From positions 248,001 to 311,981 of the forward strand of contig JBDOQK010000018.1 in assembly GCA_040437565.1 (NCBI GenBank): DNA of 63,981 nucleotides. Direction: 5' to 3'. The notes under the pieces are model-generated. The model had not been told where the DNA came from and searched no databases. It worked only from the letters and a program-made list of their open reading frames with translations. This DNA is from Albugo candida (taxonomy: Eukaryota). Numbering within the stretch: position 1 is the stretch's first letter; every line of letters starts with the position of its first letter. A program made the position numbers and the translations under genes. This document shows positions 38,810-51,412 of this stretch, piece after piece.

Positions 38810-40389
38810 CAGTACCCTACCAAAAATTTTGTCGTTTTTTTTCATCCATATTTTTTTAGATCTAACCAAGCGCACTTCAAGCACAATTACACAAGCATCT
38901 TCAGCTCAATGTCTCTCAAACTTTCAATACTTGTTCTAATGCATATGAAGAAGTTTCTCCCCAAACATTATTGATATAGATTAAATTTTAGACATTTTAT
39001 TAATATTGGAGTATGGGTTATGCTATCAACGAGTTGATCCGCCATTTGAAGCAAGAACTGCCTGAATTCTGCCTTGGAGGGTGTCGACTAATCTTTGCAA
39101 CGAATTTCCATCTATCTTGGATCAACATCTTGAATTTGATACCACAATTCTTTTTCATTTTTTGCCATGGGAAGCNNNNNNNNNNNNNNNNNNNNNNNNN
39201 NNNNNNNNNNNNNNNNNNNNNNNNNNNNNNNNNNNNNNNNNNNNNNNNNNNNNNNNNNNNNNNNNNNNNNNNNNNGCCATTTGAAGCAAGAACTGCCTGA
39301 ATTCTGCCTTGGAGGGTGTCGACTAATCTTTGCAACGAATTTCCATCTATCTTGGATCAACATCTTGAATTTGATACCACAATTCTTTTTCATTTTTTGC
39401 CATGGGAAGCTTCTGGATCTAATATTTGAGTCTCGCCCACACATGTTCGATTGGGTTCAGGCCTGGGGAATTTGGTGGCCAATTCAGCTTTTCAATGCCT
39501 CTTTCATCCCTCCATTTCTTGAGGGCATTGCTTCGATGAATTGGAGCACTATCTTCCCATTAACACTGGACCATCGAGCTTAGCCCAAAATCTTCCCAAT
39601 TCAATATCATAGACTTGTTCACTAAAGTCAAGTGCTGTCCGCCGATTCCGATCCATGCAGATCAATCGACTCTTCTTTTTTCCTTGAAAGGAACCCCATA
39701 CCATCACTGAGTAGCGCCCTGATTTGAAAGAGGGCGCCAGACAGTCTAGATTGTACCTCTCATAGGCTGTTCTCCAGACAAGGACCTAGGGGTAATTCTT
39801 GCCGATTTCAAAGCTGGCTTCAGGTGTCCAGCAGACCGAATTCCAGAACGGCATAGTTGCATTTTTGTGTTTCCGTGCAAATTACAGTCGACAGGCAATA
39901 TGCTTTGCACTTAAAACTGGCCTCCTGGGCCCTACGCGAGAAAATAATCCAGTTTCATGAAGTCACCTTTTTGTTATTGACGGGCTGACTTGGACAGTCA
40001 TTTGTTGGTCATGTCTTGAAGGGTTGCCCGCCGATCTTCCTTGACTTTGCGAGCCAAGTGCCTAACATCCCTTTCACCAAGTTTTTTTGGTCGTCCTTGG
40101 CTTTTCCTGGGAGTAACAATGGAGTCATTGTGGCTGCGCTTCACGATGCGCTATACTTGTCTTTGGCTGATTCCGAAATGAGCTGCAATCAAGGGAGTTT
40201 TCTGACCAGCCGACTTCATTCCGACCAGACTGCTGCTACACTGTATCTTCAATCGATAAGGTTTTAGTTTTCAGAGTTTGAGTGGCCATAGTTGTAATTT
40301 TGGGAAGTGAGACAAGTGTAGGGGAAGGGAGCGCGTCGTCAATTAGAACTTCAAATATAAAAAACGACAGTCTTTTTGGTAGGCTACTG
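38810..40389 (-). mobile_element. Tc1-family (DD34E) DNA transposon, degenerate
   Basis: 31-bp TIRs CAGTA(C/G)CCTACCAAAAA...TGTCGTTTTTT (27/31 match) at 38810-38840 and 40359-40389, flanked by TA at 38808-38809 and 40390-40391. Minus-strand remnant EDSAPIHRSNALKKWRDERGIEKLNWPPNSPGLNPIE has 34 residues between D and E. Confidence 0.93.
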
Positions 40390-42287
40390 TACATCGGTGT
40401 ATTATGGACAGTAGGGTACAAGTAGATGTGTGGAACACGTCAGTCTAAAACATTTGACAATTAAGCAATAGCTGTGGGTGACCAGTTTACCAAGGCTTAG
40501 ATCAACTAGGATAGTGAAATAAATATGGACCTTTGCTCGATAATATAATGTGTTAATTTAGCTTTACATTGCTAGGTAGTGTTTCTGGATTATTCCAGCC
40601 CTCTTGACCAAGAGCCTCGGGTAGTCTAATCCGGAGTCCACCAGAAAGAACTTTGATATACAGCTTTGAAGACATGTACCAAGCAACAGGGAGAGATAGG
40701 AGGCTTTTAAGTCAGGAACTCGATAATCGAGAAGAAATCTTCATGTCGGAAGTTCCGATATCCATTTTACGGGCGATATAGATCCAAGGATGACGAACAC
40801 GGAACGCGTACTCCTAGTGGAATGGAAAATAGCGAGAAAGAAGCCAGTTGGGAAGACTGGTAAATAGAACGATGGAGTCAATACCATTTCAATCGGACAT
40901 TCCGCTGTTTTCGATGTATTGGAAGAACTTGGTGGGCTGAGTTTTCAATGTGGACTCAAAGGAGGATGTAACGGAGGAGATGCTTACGAAGTGTGAACAA
41001 ATAATGCGAGTCTGGTGCTAGCGCTGGAGCAATCCGTCAAGTCTTTGCAAATTTGAAAATCGATTTGGATGTGCCCGATACCTATTCTCGATGCTTGAGA
41101 GAATTCAAGAATTCAAGTACAGGTCTAAACGAGCTGGCTTACTGGGATATTTTAAGAAGAGCGCAAAAAACGATGAAAATTGCTCGTTAACGCGGTTAGA
41201 CCTATAAATCTTCAGTTCCGAATCCATTAATTGAAGTCGGTGGCACGCGGTCAGATCCGAAGATGCTATATGAAGTTTGACAAAACAAGAACCACAATTC
41301 AATCAATGTTATTTGGCAAGAAAATCTCTCAAGACTGCAATTAGAGACCTCAAACTGAATGCTGAAAAAGTAAAGTAAAATGTCCAGTGGAGAAGTCGAA
41401 AATCAAAGAATTAAAGATCAGTCACATGCACACATGCCTTGTTCCAAAAACAAAAATCAAAAATAGCGATGCGGCTTATGCGGTAAATAAGCCAATGGAA
41501 ACCGAAACAGGGCTGCTCGAAGTGTGGTCAAGATGACTGGCTGAGTAAATGTACGAGCCTAACCGTAGCTACTAAAGTAAATGCGTAGAAGTTACGACGT
41601 TTGAGTCCTATGAAGCAAAAAACTTGATGGTTTTATTTGAAACGGACAGTGGAAAAGCTATCATTATTCCTGCTTATCTAGATAATGGAGCAGATGATAC
41701 CGTTATCCCTGAAAGTTTGATCAAAACGTTGCTCTATGCCGGGATGGAGCTCCATGTGAAGAGCATTTGGTCAAGGTAGTACCGTATGGGAAGCGTAGAA
41801 GTCCTTTTGAGACTGTTACCAAAAGGTGAATATGCAGTTTGGTCTGGAAAATCCAGTTGGTCCAGTAACGTTCGCGGATACTGATTGTTATATTGTTCAA
41901 GAAGCCGCGGGGGAAATACATATTGGAAAATCTTTGTTATTTGCGCTTGATATAGACGTCGAAGAAGAGCTTCTTTATTTTGGGGAGAGAGTTGAGGGGG
42001 ATGGTGGACTTATGGAAGTTGACGAGTGCTTAGGCAGAGGACCTCAAGACTGTGGAAGAATCGATATACGGATGGTAATTGCCTCAACTAATAATGGTGT
42101 AGTGAAAGAACATCGGGAGACGTTAGTTCATTTCTTTCGAATTTCCAATGTTTTTTTGCGTCAGAACTATTCTCTTTAACTGCTGCTGAGGCTGAGCCAT
42201 TGTCGTTACAGCGCGTGAAAAGTGCACAACCGGTTCGTAAAACATTCAGAACGTATGCGCCCCTGATGATTTAAGTGACGAAGGAAC

Positions 42288-45200
42288 TATTGGAAATTGA
42301 ATGACGTTGAAGTTTGTGTAAACGGCCATTCAAGAAGATTTCATTTTTCAGTTTAATGCGTGCCGTCTTCTATATCTATCGGGAAGCATATACATACGAG
42401 CACTTAGGGTTTGGGGAGATTGGCGATTATGTAGTATGTTCATACAATATTTTAATATAAACAACAGGTTATGAGCCCAACAAGCTCGAACGATGGATAC
42501 ACTGTCGTTCGAAGTCAATTGTCATCGCAGGTGCGCGCGGAGGCGTGGACGATTTGATGTGGTAAAAGAACATGAAGAGAAGATTGCGTAAGTTGCCACA
42601 GGAAACGGAAATGATTTCTTCAGGGTAGTCAAGGGTTATGGCGAACAGAAGAAAATGATTAAGCTCATGCATTGCTTGATGGGGCGATTGGATCGATTGG
42701 AAGGATCCCATAAAATAATTCAAGGACAGCTTTCTGGATGGGACCGGGTGAAAAAGATTGTGGGTGATATTAACATGTCACTAACGGAAGATTTATTCGC
42801 GTCGGGAATGGGGCGTAAACCACGAATGCATATCGTTACATCCGGTTGGTCGAATCCATCGGCCAAGGCGGAACAATCAGAAGAGCCCCTGAGGTATAAT
42901 AGACACCGGCAACCTGGTCATGGTTTACCGCCGTCGCAAGTGGACCAGATCTAAGCCACGGATATGAAGTATAACCAGGGTGGTACCTAAAATGTATCCT
43001 CAGCATGTAAATGATGCTCGAAGACCGGTACAACAATGTAGAAGTTTGTGCAGTACCCTGACGCATAAAGAGCTTGTAGTTCGTATGTTTGATGGAGAGG
43101 AATTGCACGAAGGACTTGGCTCTGGGTGGGTTTTTGTATTGGGGACGTCGTTTTGATAGACAGGTAAATTCGGCCCAGTCATCGTGTAGCTTTTTATGGC
43201 GGAATACGTCAAAGTAAACATTCTCGGTCATTACATCCAAGGCATGGCTGAACGTTACTACTGTAAACAGCTGGAAAATTGATGGAACCAATTGCCGACT
43301 CTTCATTATGCGATGGAAAAGTACTTGAGGCTTATAATACCCATATCACTCCGGCTCAGTCGATGCGATTGTTTACGGGGCATAAGGATCCAAAGAAAAC
43401 ATGGAATGGACATTTCTATCACCCTGGCGAAAGTGTAGGAAGGTGCCGTGGAATATCTGGTCCTCAACAACATCGTGCAATACGCGTCAGAAGACATGAG
43501 GGTCGTCATGATGGCGAAGGTTGAAAGCCACCGAACAGATTAGTTCCCAGCAGGCTGATGAATTGGCCAATTTTGCCCAAATTTGGGATTCCGTAACGTA
43601 GAAACAACTGTCGGGAGACGTGGCGAATATCTCTCGAGAACCGAGATTTCGAGAGACTCGAAGGTGTATCAAATATGGTGAGACTGGATATTTGAGTGAT
43701 GTGTCCTTATCGAATCGTGCAGGTCTCAAAATGTGCCGCTAACTTTATGCTGGCGATCGCAGCACATGAATTGGCGGAAATGATTACTGGATATTGGAAG
43801 CGGATCAAATCGTCCCTAATGCAGAGATGAGTCGTGGTTAGAAAGATGTCGAAGAAGCCAAAGGTGTCTGTATCCAGCCCAACGGAGACGAGTAGACGAT
43901 CAGCAAAGTGGGCAACGCAACACTGCGGGTCTCTACGGATGGCATGGTTCAGACTGTGCAACTTACCGAAGCGTATTTTGCGGTCAGACTTGATNNNNNN
44001 NNNNNNNNNNNNNNNNNNNNNNNNNNNNNNNNNNNNNNNNNNNNNNNNNNNNNNNNNNNNNNNNNNNNNNNNNNNNNNNNNNNNNNNNNNNNNNTCGAGA
44101 GACTCGAAGGTGTATCAAATATGGTGAGACTGGATATTTGAGTGATGTGTCCTTATCGAATCGTGCAGGTCTCAAAATGTGCCGCTAACTTTATGCTGGC
44201 GATCGCAGCACATGAATTGGCGGAAATGATTACTGGATATTGGAAGCGGATCAAATCGTCCCTAATGCAGAGATGAGTCGTGGTTAGAAAGATGTCGAAG
44301 AAGCCAAAGGTGTCTGTATCCAGCCCAACGGAGACGAGTAGACGATCAGCAAAGTGGGCAACGCAACACTGCGGGTCTCTACGGATGGCATGGTTCAGAC
44401 TGTGCAACTTACCGAAGCGTATTTTGCGGTCAGACTTGATTACGGTTCGATATCGTATGACAAATCAGATTCCAAAAGCCTAGGTGCTCGGTCGCCGTGG
44501 CGCTCAGCGTGTACTGGATAGAAAAGTTTGGTCTTAGACGTGGACTTATCCAAAAGTGCTAATTATCAAAGCTTGAGTTCTTCGTACATAGCAGCCATAT
44601 CGATACGTAAGTTCGGCGGCACTTGCGGACAACGCCGAGCTAAACGAAGACACTCCCACATACCACAACAGGGTGACTTATATGCTTTTCATTGGAGTTT
44701 GGGGGGCACCCTAATTATGGTGCCGTGGAAAGATTGGGTCGGACTACAGCTTCGGGTATCATCCTGACCGATCGAGCGCGTGTCAATTGTTCGACATGCG
44801 CACAAGGCAAGAAGAGAAAGAATATACAATCAACTCATAATACTGGGGTGAACTCTCCTATTGACCGGATTGGTGAAGTTATTTGCTCGGATCTCAATCT
44901 CAAAGGTCCCATGACGCCAAGGGGCGGGCTCGCAATCGCCACATGAATGATTTTGTAGCTCACAAGAGTAATTCGTGGAAGTGTTTCTCGCCCACACCAA
45001 AATTAAAGCGACTAAATCATTTCAGGAGTTTTGGTATATTTCTAGAAGCGTTTTGGTTGTCGAATTCACGTCTTGCGTAAAGACTCTGGTGGTGAAGGCG
45101 CTAAAGCAATCCAATAACGGTAAGGCGGAGCGTATACACCGTATCATTATGGATATGGCGCGGTGTATGCTTTTTGCCAGCGGTGTGCCATTTAATGTTT

Positions 45201-47494
45201 TGGAGGATGCGGCTCAATACGTTGTATACGTGTTGAATCGTTCGCCTCCGAATGCCAATGCCGGTAAAATATCCCCAATCGAGATACTTACGAATGTGAT
45301 ACCAGCACTGAGTGAGATTGTGGTTTTTGTTTCTCCATTTCCTCTTTAGAGATCCGAAGAAGAACAATTTTGCGAAGCGTGTACAACGTTATATTATCAT
45401 GATGGCAATAAAGGATGTCAAGTATTTTTAAGAATCGCACCGTAATTACAACACACCATACACGAGACATCTAGACTCTCGACAAGAGAAGAATGACTTA
45501 TTGATGCGTCCCTTCGCTGTTACTAAGATGCGAATGCGGAAGAGATTGCGTGCCATGAGAATAAATACAAACACATCGATCACTCGCAGGCACTCGACCA
45601 AGCCAGTATGGACAAGGGAGTGTCCAATGACAAGATCGATACATAATGACTCAGTGGCACACAAGACGTATCACTAGCGACGGAGACTGGCCCTGGAGTG
45701 GTGAGAAGCGTGAAATATGCGTACCTGTCAACTAACTTATCGCGAGGCAATTCAGAGCTTGAACAAGTCCAAATGGGAAGTGAAGATGCTAAGACATCAA
45801 AGCTTCGGAAAGCAACCAAGTGTGAAAAATGGCGGTGGCACCATTTGATGAAAATTGCCTACTTTAAAAGAGTTGTAAAAGACGAAACGTGGCGCAGATG
45901 GAAATTTGAAGCGATTCAGAGCTCGTTTGGTCGCGTGTGGAAATGAAAAAGTGTTTGGTCGTGACCACAACGTTTCTTCCGCAGCTGTGAATGGATATGG
46001 AAAGCGTAAAATCAATATTGGCTTTGACGAATGGCGGGTCCCGATACAGCATGAAGATGTAACCAGCGCATATGTCAAAGATGACAAGGAATTGGAGCTA
46101 TGAATCCCACAAGCAATGGACGGGGACACGACACACTTAGGTCATATGAAGTCGAAAGAAAGGAAGAGCTGTCTCTAGAATTGAAGGAAACGCTGTACGG
46201 TTTGAAACAAGCAGGAAGACTTCGATAAGAATTGCTGCATAAGAAATTAGTGTCTCTAAGATTTCCGCAGTGTCTAGACGACATGTGTGTTAACTGGAAG
46301 CGAGATAGTACACGTTTTATCATTGTGAGGCTTACGTTAACGACCTTCGGGTAACGGCTACTAAACTTTTGCAGATCGATAAGTCTTCTAGTGATTTGAA
46401 GATTTCTCTATGAAGCAGTTGGGTATTGCGCATGAAATTTTCGGAATGCGAATCAAATGAAGTGGGTTACAACATTTGAAGATTTTGGATACGCTCAAGG
46501 AATTGGGTCTGGAAAATGCCCATAGAAACCGATTCCGATAGTCGACACCACTAATGATGTGGTCGAAAAGATGTCATGCTTCCGATTTGTACCACACAGA
46601 ATGAAGTTTCTGTGCGTATATTTCAATCCCTGGTAGAAAAGTTGCTATGGATATCGCGATTCACCCGCACTGATCTTTCATGTGCGGTACATCGGGCGAC
46701 AAGACATGCGCATTGTCGAACTAAAAGTGATTAGAAATTTGCCAATAAAATATCCAGGTACCTCCAAGGGTCGAAGGACCTTAGTCTACGAATGAAAAGA
46801 CATGGCGATCTGAATATGCCACTCAAGTCGTTGGGTTATTATAGTGATGCAGACTTTGCTGACCGTAAATCCGTCACCGAGGGATATATCGAAATGGCGT
46901 GTTTGCGAGCTGTATGGTTTACTCGCAAACAAAAAAGGGTTTCGCTCTCTACCCTGGAAGCAGAATTCACTGCGGCGTCGGTCGTGGTTGCAGAGATAAT
47001 TGGCATCAGAGAATTGCTGGGATAGATGAAGATAGATTGGGTTATGCTGATATCACTCAAGGTCAATAATCAGATAGGACTAATGCAATTTTGCCGGAGA
47101 ATCTTCTTCAAAAGAAAAACACATTGACGTTAGAACAAAGCTTCTGGGCTCGTACGCCAAATATGAGATTCTCACGACCAAATGTTGTGAAGGTTCTCGA
47201 ATGCCAGACTCTTGTCGGTTTACAACAAAACTAGTGAGCCATGCCATGGCGGAATGTGCACTTGAATAAATCAGAACCGAAAAAATGCACGATGGAGACG
47301 TGTTGGAAATCGAATGACGTTGAAGTTTGTGTACACGTACACTGGACAAGATTTCATTTATTGATTTGATGCGTGCCGTCTTATCTACCTATCGACAAGC
47401 ATATTCATACGAGCACTTGAGGTTTGGAAATATTGGTGGCTATATCAACTTCTCAAGATAGGACTCCTGCCTTTACCTTTTCTCGTAAACAACT
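42288..47494 (+). mobile_element. Ty1/Copia LTR retrotransposon, degenerate, full length
   Basis: LTRs at 42288-42466 and 47301-47494; TSD GGAAC at 42283-42287 and 47495-47499; PBS GGTTATGAGCCCA. Domain order is protease remnant, integrase (CSTCAQGK, SNNGKAERIHR), RT (RFRARLVACGN, LYGLKQAGR), RNase H (YSDADFA, SLSTLEAEF). Confidence 0.94.
42467..42479 (+). promoter_or_regulatory. Copia primer-binding site of the internal tRNA-iMet (half-tRNA) type
   Basis: GGTTATGAGCCCA directly follows the LTR end ...CAACA and resembles the Drosophila copia PBS GGTTATGGGCCCAG. Confidence 0.75.
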
Positions 47495-49116
47495 GGAACA
47501 TATCGACAAGCTTCTTTCAGCAGGTTTCATTTATGAAAACACTGATTCGAGGTGGAGTGCTCCATGTTTCCCCGTCAAGAAATCTAGAAAAGCAAATCGC
47601 TTGAAAAGCTATTGACTATCGTGGGGTGAACAGGATAATTCAGTTGAAATCTGGTTCAATGCCTAATTTGTCTACAAATCTGTTGTTACAAGTAAGATGA
47701 CTACGTTTGGAATTATGGGAATGTGCTCTGGTTTTTGGCAACTTCGTTACATGTGGATAGTCAGGATATACTCTCTTTTGCCATAGATTGCAATGTCGAC
47801 AGGAGCAGTTGATTCTGCTTTGCGTTTCCAATCAATTATAATCAAGTACTTTGAAGGTTTATTGGATAAATCACTTCTCATTTGGATGCAGGATCTTTTT
47901 TTTGTTTACGGGAAATGAGGTCACCTTTCTCACGGTATTAAAAGATGTCTTGAATATTGTGAATAAGTTCCGGCTGCAGGTCAGTCTTGATACAACCAGT
48001 CTGCATATGCAAGAAGCTCGATGGTGTGAGAAACATTTTGATGGATATGGAATAAAGCAAGATCCTGAGAAGTTACAGGGTCTTCGGGACTTGAGAAGTA
48101 CGAGCGCAGTTGGTAAACTCCAACAGTTGCTTTGTGGAATGATCTGGCTGCGTTACCAGATTATACAAGATTAGTGCGTATTCTGCAAGAGTTGCTGAAG
48201 GACAATTGGCTGGAATGGCCGGAACAAAACGAGCGGCGAGAAATATGCCATTAATATTGAATCGGGAGCAGACGGATTGCTTTCCAATGGATGAGGAGCT
48301 TTTGATGGAGCGTGTGAATCTGCCTTATTTTGTAGACACCGCTGTGTTGTGCCCATTTACGAATGCAAGGTTTTATGGATGGAGTGTCGTAACAGCACAA
48401 GCTGTAGAGTGGGATTTCACACTGCCCGTAGAGAAAAAAGCACATCAAGCAGTCATATTCTTATCTGGTTGCTTTATTAAAGCCGGCTTGAAATAGATAG
48501 AAGGAGGCGTTTCCTATTATTATGTCTCTCGAAAGACAGACTAAGTTTTTTCGTTGTTTGAATGGATTTAGGATGTATTTTGAGCACAAGAATCTCATTC
48601 GCTTTTTTGCTCCGGACTGAAGCACAAAGAAGAGCTCGGTTGGAAGACTCCATCCGTGGAGCATGGACTTGATGTCTTTCAAATATGAGGCTTATCATGT
48701 TGTAGGAATGATGGATATATCGGTGGATATCCTTACTCGCTGGTTATATGTACTAGATGAGCTCGAGTGAACAAAAGGGTTGAGTAATAATCCAAACCGC
48801 GTCGTCGACAAATGGTCGCCTAATGATTCAAAGGGAGCAGAAAACATGCCCCTGCCAACATATGAGATTACAGGTTCCATATGGCGTTGCCGGATAAGAA
48901 TTTTGCAATTTAAAACAAGTTTGGGAGGAAGTGGGGATGTTTGGATGTTTAATCAAGATGCTGGTATCACCGTTCGACTACTGATTGTTGTTCGTCATAG
49001 TATTGCAGGCATTGGGCTCAAAAGCTCTATCATCCATCCTGGACAAAGTGATGACTGAGCTCGCTCGTCCTATCGGATCCTCTTGCGAATATATTCTTGC
49101 GTATTATCACTGGAAG

Positions 49117-49422
49117 TGTGATGGTCTCCGGATTAGACTACTCGAGGCCCGTGATCAGAGGGCTGGACTAATCCGGAAACACTACGTAATAATATAAAGC
49201 AAGAAGTATGTATATTATTTTTCCAAGGTCCTTAGCTCACTATAGTCGTTAGTCTAAGCCTAAAGGAAGGGTTCGCCCACAGCCACTGGTTTAATCTCCA
49301 AAGGATATAAACTGGACTGATGTGTGCCACACATCCACGTGTACCGTACTGTCCATATACAACGATGTACATGTACGTTACATATCCGATTGGTTTCCAT
49401 TTACCCGCCATTATCCACCACA
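49117..49422 (-). mobile_element. Solo LTR of the same Gypsy family, in inverted orientation
   Basis: 306 bp with termini TGTGATGG...CCACCACA and 5-bp TSD GGAAG (49112-49116, 49423-49427). Its reverse complement aligns to 61780-62077 and to the split LTR at 38756-40645. Confidence 0.93.
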
Positions 49423-51412
49423 GGAAGAAATGAAACTGGATACAAAGAAATGGCCTAATTTTATCTCGAGTGTTATGGGAATATTGAACAAACTTGATGC
49501 CAGATATACCTATAAACTTTGTTTTCATAATTGATGATATGCTAGCCCGAGAGCTAATAAAACGTACATTTGATGAAGAGATGCAGATTTTACATCAGTC
49601 CCTAGTGGATATTCAGCTGGGGATTGCTGATGAAGCTGAGGAAGACAACTCGAGAATTAACTGGTTTTCAGAGAGGCGTGCAACCTGCGTTATTTAATGT
49701 CGGTGATATGGTTTATTGACGAAGGTCATATGAAACTAAATCCGAATGAATTGATCATTAATTGGTTGGGCCCCTATCGCGCAAGCACTATGTATGATCA
49801 AACACTTGTTCATATGTCGTGCAAACGAACTCCATCACAGTCGTTTGAGAATTCTAACGCGACTCGGCAACTGAAGACATCGTGGCGCATGTAGTCCATC
49901 CATAGTCATCGTAAGTGCAGGGGGAATGAGAGCTACTGGTCAAATGGCATGTATTCGAAGAGGTGGAGGTATCATGGGATTCTTATGCATCTCTGAAGCG
50001 AGGTGTACCTACTCTAGTCTCAAGATATTCACAGATTTGCGACTCTACAGCGTTGAGAAATTGGAATTCCATTGTGGGAGCAGTGTGGGGGATAATTGTG
50101 GTTCAATCCCAATAGAGGCATATACTTACCCATGGGACCTTGTTTGTGATAATCCGAACAAAGCAATTTGAACGCGACTCACTGAGGACCTTGAACACTG
50201 ATCATAGATTCTGATCAGGAGTATGGTACTTCTCAAAAACATCGCTTGCGAGCATGATGGCTAGTATCATCAAAAATAGAGATATCTGGGGTCCTCCCCA
50301 GCTCAGTCGATTCAGCACTTGAGCACACGGACCCCCTGCCGGAGATCGTTTTTTGATCCCCGGCAGTGGGGGAAGCGGTTTGAGCCCACTCAAGCAATAA
50401 GCTTCGAAATATCTGCCTCCCTAGGTTTGCAGTCTGATTTAGGTGATATTCACACGGTCAGGGGCTCATACAGTAATAGGATAAGGAAGGTAGTTCAAAA
50501 CCAGATAAATAGTGTAATGAAATCCTTGACAAAGAAAAAAAAGATATCATCTATAATGGTATATAATAGATTCTGATTAGGAGTAGATCGACATGACATT
50601 TTTCAGTGAAAGTTGGTGGTTTAGATAAGCACTTGTACAGACGGCCGTATTTCTTTCATACATGCTAGTGAGGTCGTTGTGCATATTCTGACGAGTACTG
50701 GAAAAGTTTTCTCTGCGATGCATTGATGGTAGTTGACAGTGTATGATCTCGAAGTGCTCGTACTGTCAGCAGCATTCGTGTGGCTGCGCAGACGACACAT
50801 CTTCTCATGTTTGCGGGCTTAGACACGTGAGCTTTTCTAGCAGAATGTTCGACAATCTTAATCGATCTTTTTACAGATTGTGCTTTATTGCACATAAAAA
50901 TGATTCTTTTTCTTATATTTTGCCATCAGCATAACAACATTTCATTCTGCCTTCCTCGCCAGGGTGATAAGCTACCAGTTTCCTTACAAGGAAATGTATT
51001 GTCAGTGTTGCTTGGACTTCGATGAGTCGATTGTATCATCCCAGTTTTATTTCCCTTTGGACCAAACGAGCCGATGAGTTATTCACCTTCTCACTTCGTC
51101 GTTCTCGAACTGAACAATTAGGTAGCACGTCTTGATTGAGACGCTTTTAATTTTGTGTTCAGTATATCCCACTTCTTGACAAGGTGCCATCTATGATTTC
51201 GCTCCCTCTATAACAGTCTTATCCAATTGACATCACAATTAACATGAACTCACCGTAATACCTGNNNNNNNNNNNNNNNNNNNNNNNNNNNNNNNNNNNN
51301 NNNNNNNNNNNNNNNNNNNNNNNNNNNNNNNNNNNNNNNNNNNNNNNNNNNNNNNNNNNNNNNNTTGATACTCCCACACTTCCACCTTACTACCCACCTA
51401 AGAATCAGCTCC

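Larger units (their letters stand above)
38756..50102 (+). mobile_element. Degenerate Ty3/Gypsy LTR retrotransposon with chromodomain (host of a nested cluster)
   Basis: 5' LTR about 38756-40645, split by a Tc1. Gag remnant with decayed zinc knuckle (~41515); protease YLDNGADDTVIP (~41675); RT (SRWSAPCFPVKK, DYR, ~47500-48100); RNase H remnant; integrase GPY motif (WLGPYR, ~49765); chromodomain ELLVKW..EVSW..L..VP (~49930-50015); purine-rich tract then TGTGGT at 50097, after which LTR similarity stops. Many stops and frameshifts. Confidence 0.88.

Noticed and set aside
50122-50130. ATACTTACC resembling the U1 snRNA 5' end
   Set aside because: Downstream sequence lacks the U1 stem-loop I and II loop motifs and a correctly placed Sm site.
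50180-50230. CTGAGGA resembling a hammerhead ribozyme core
   Set aside because: No stem II followed by GAAA and no closing helices were found.
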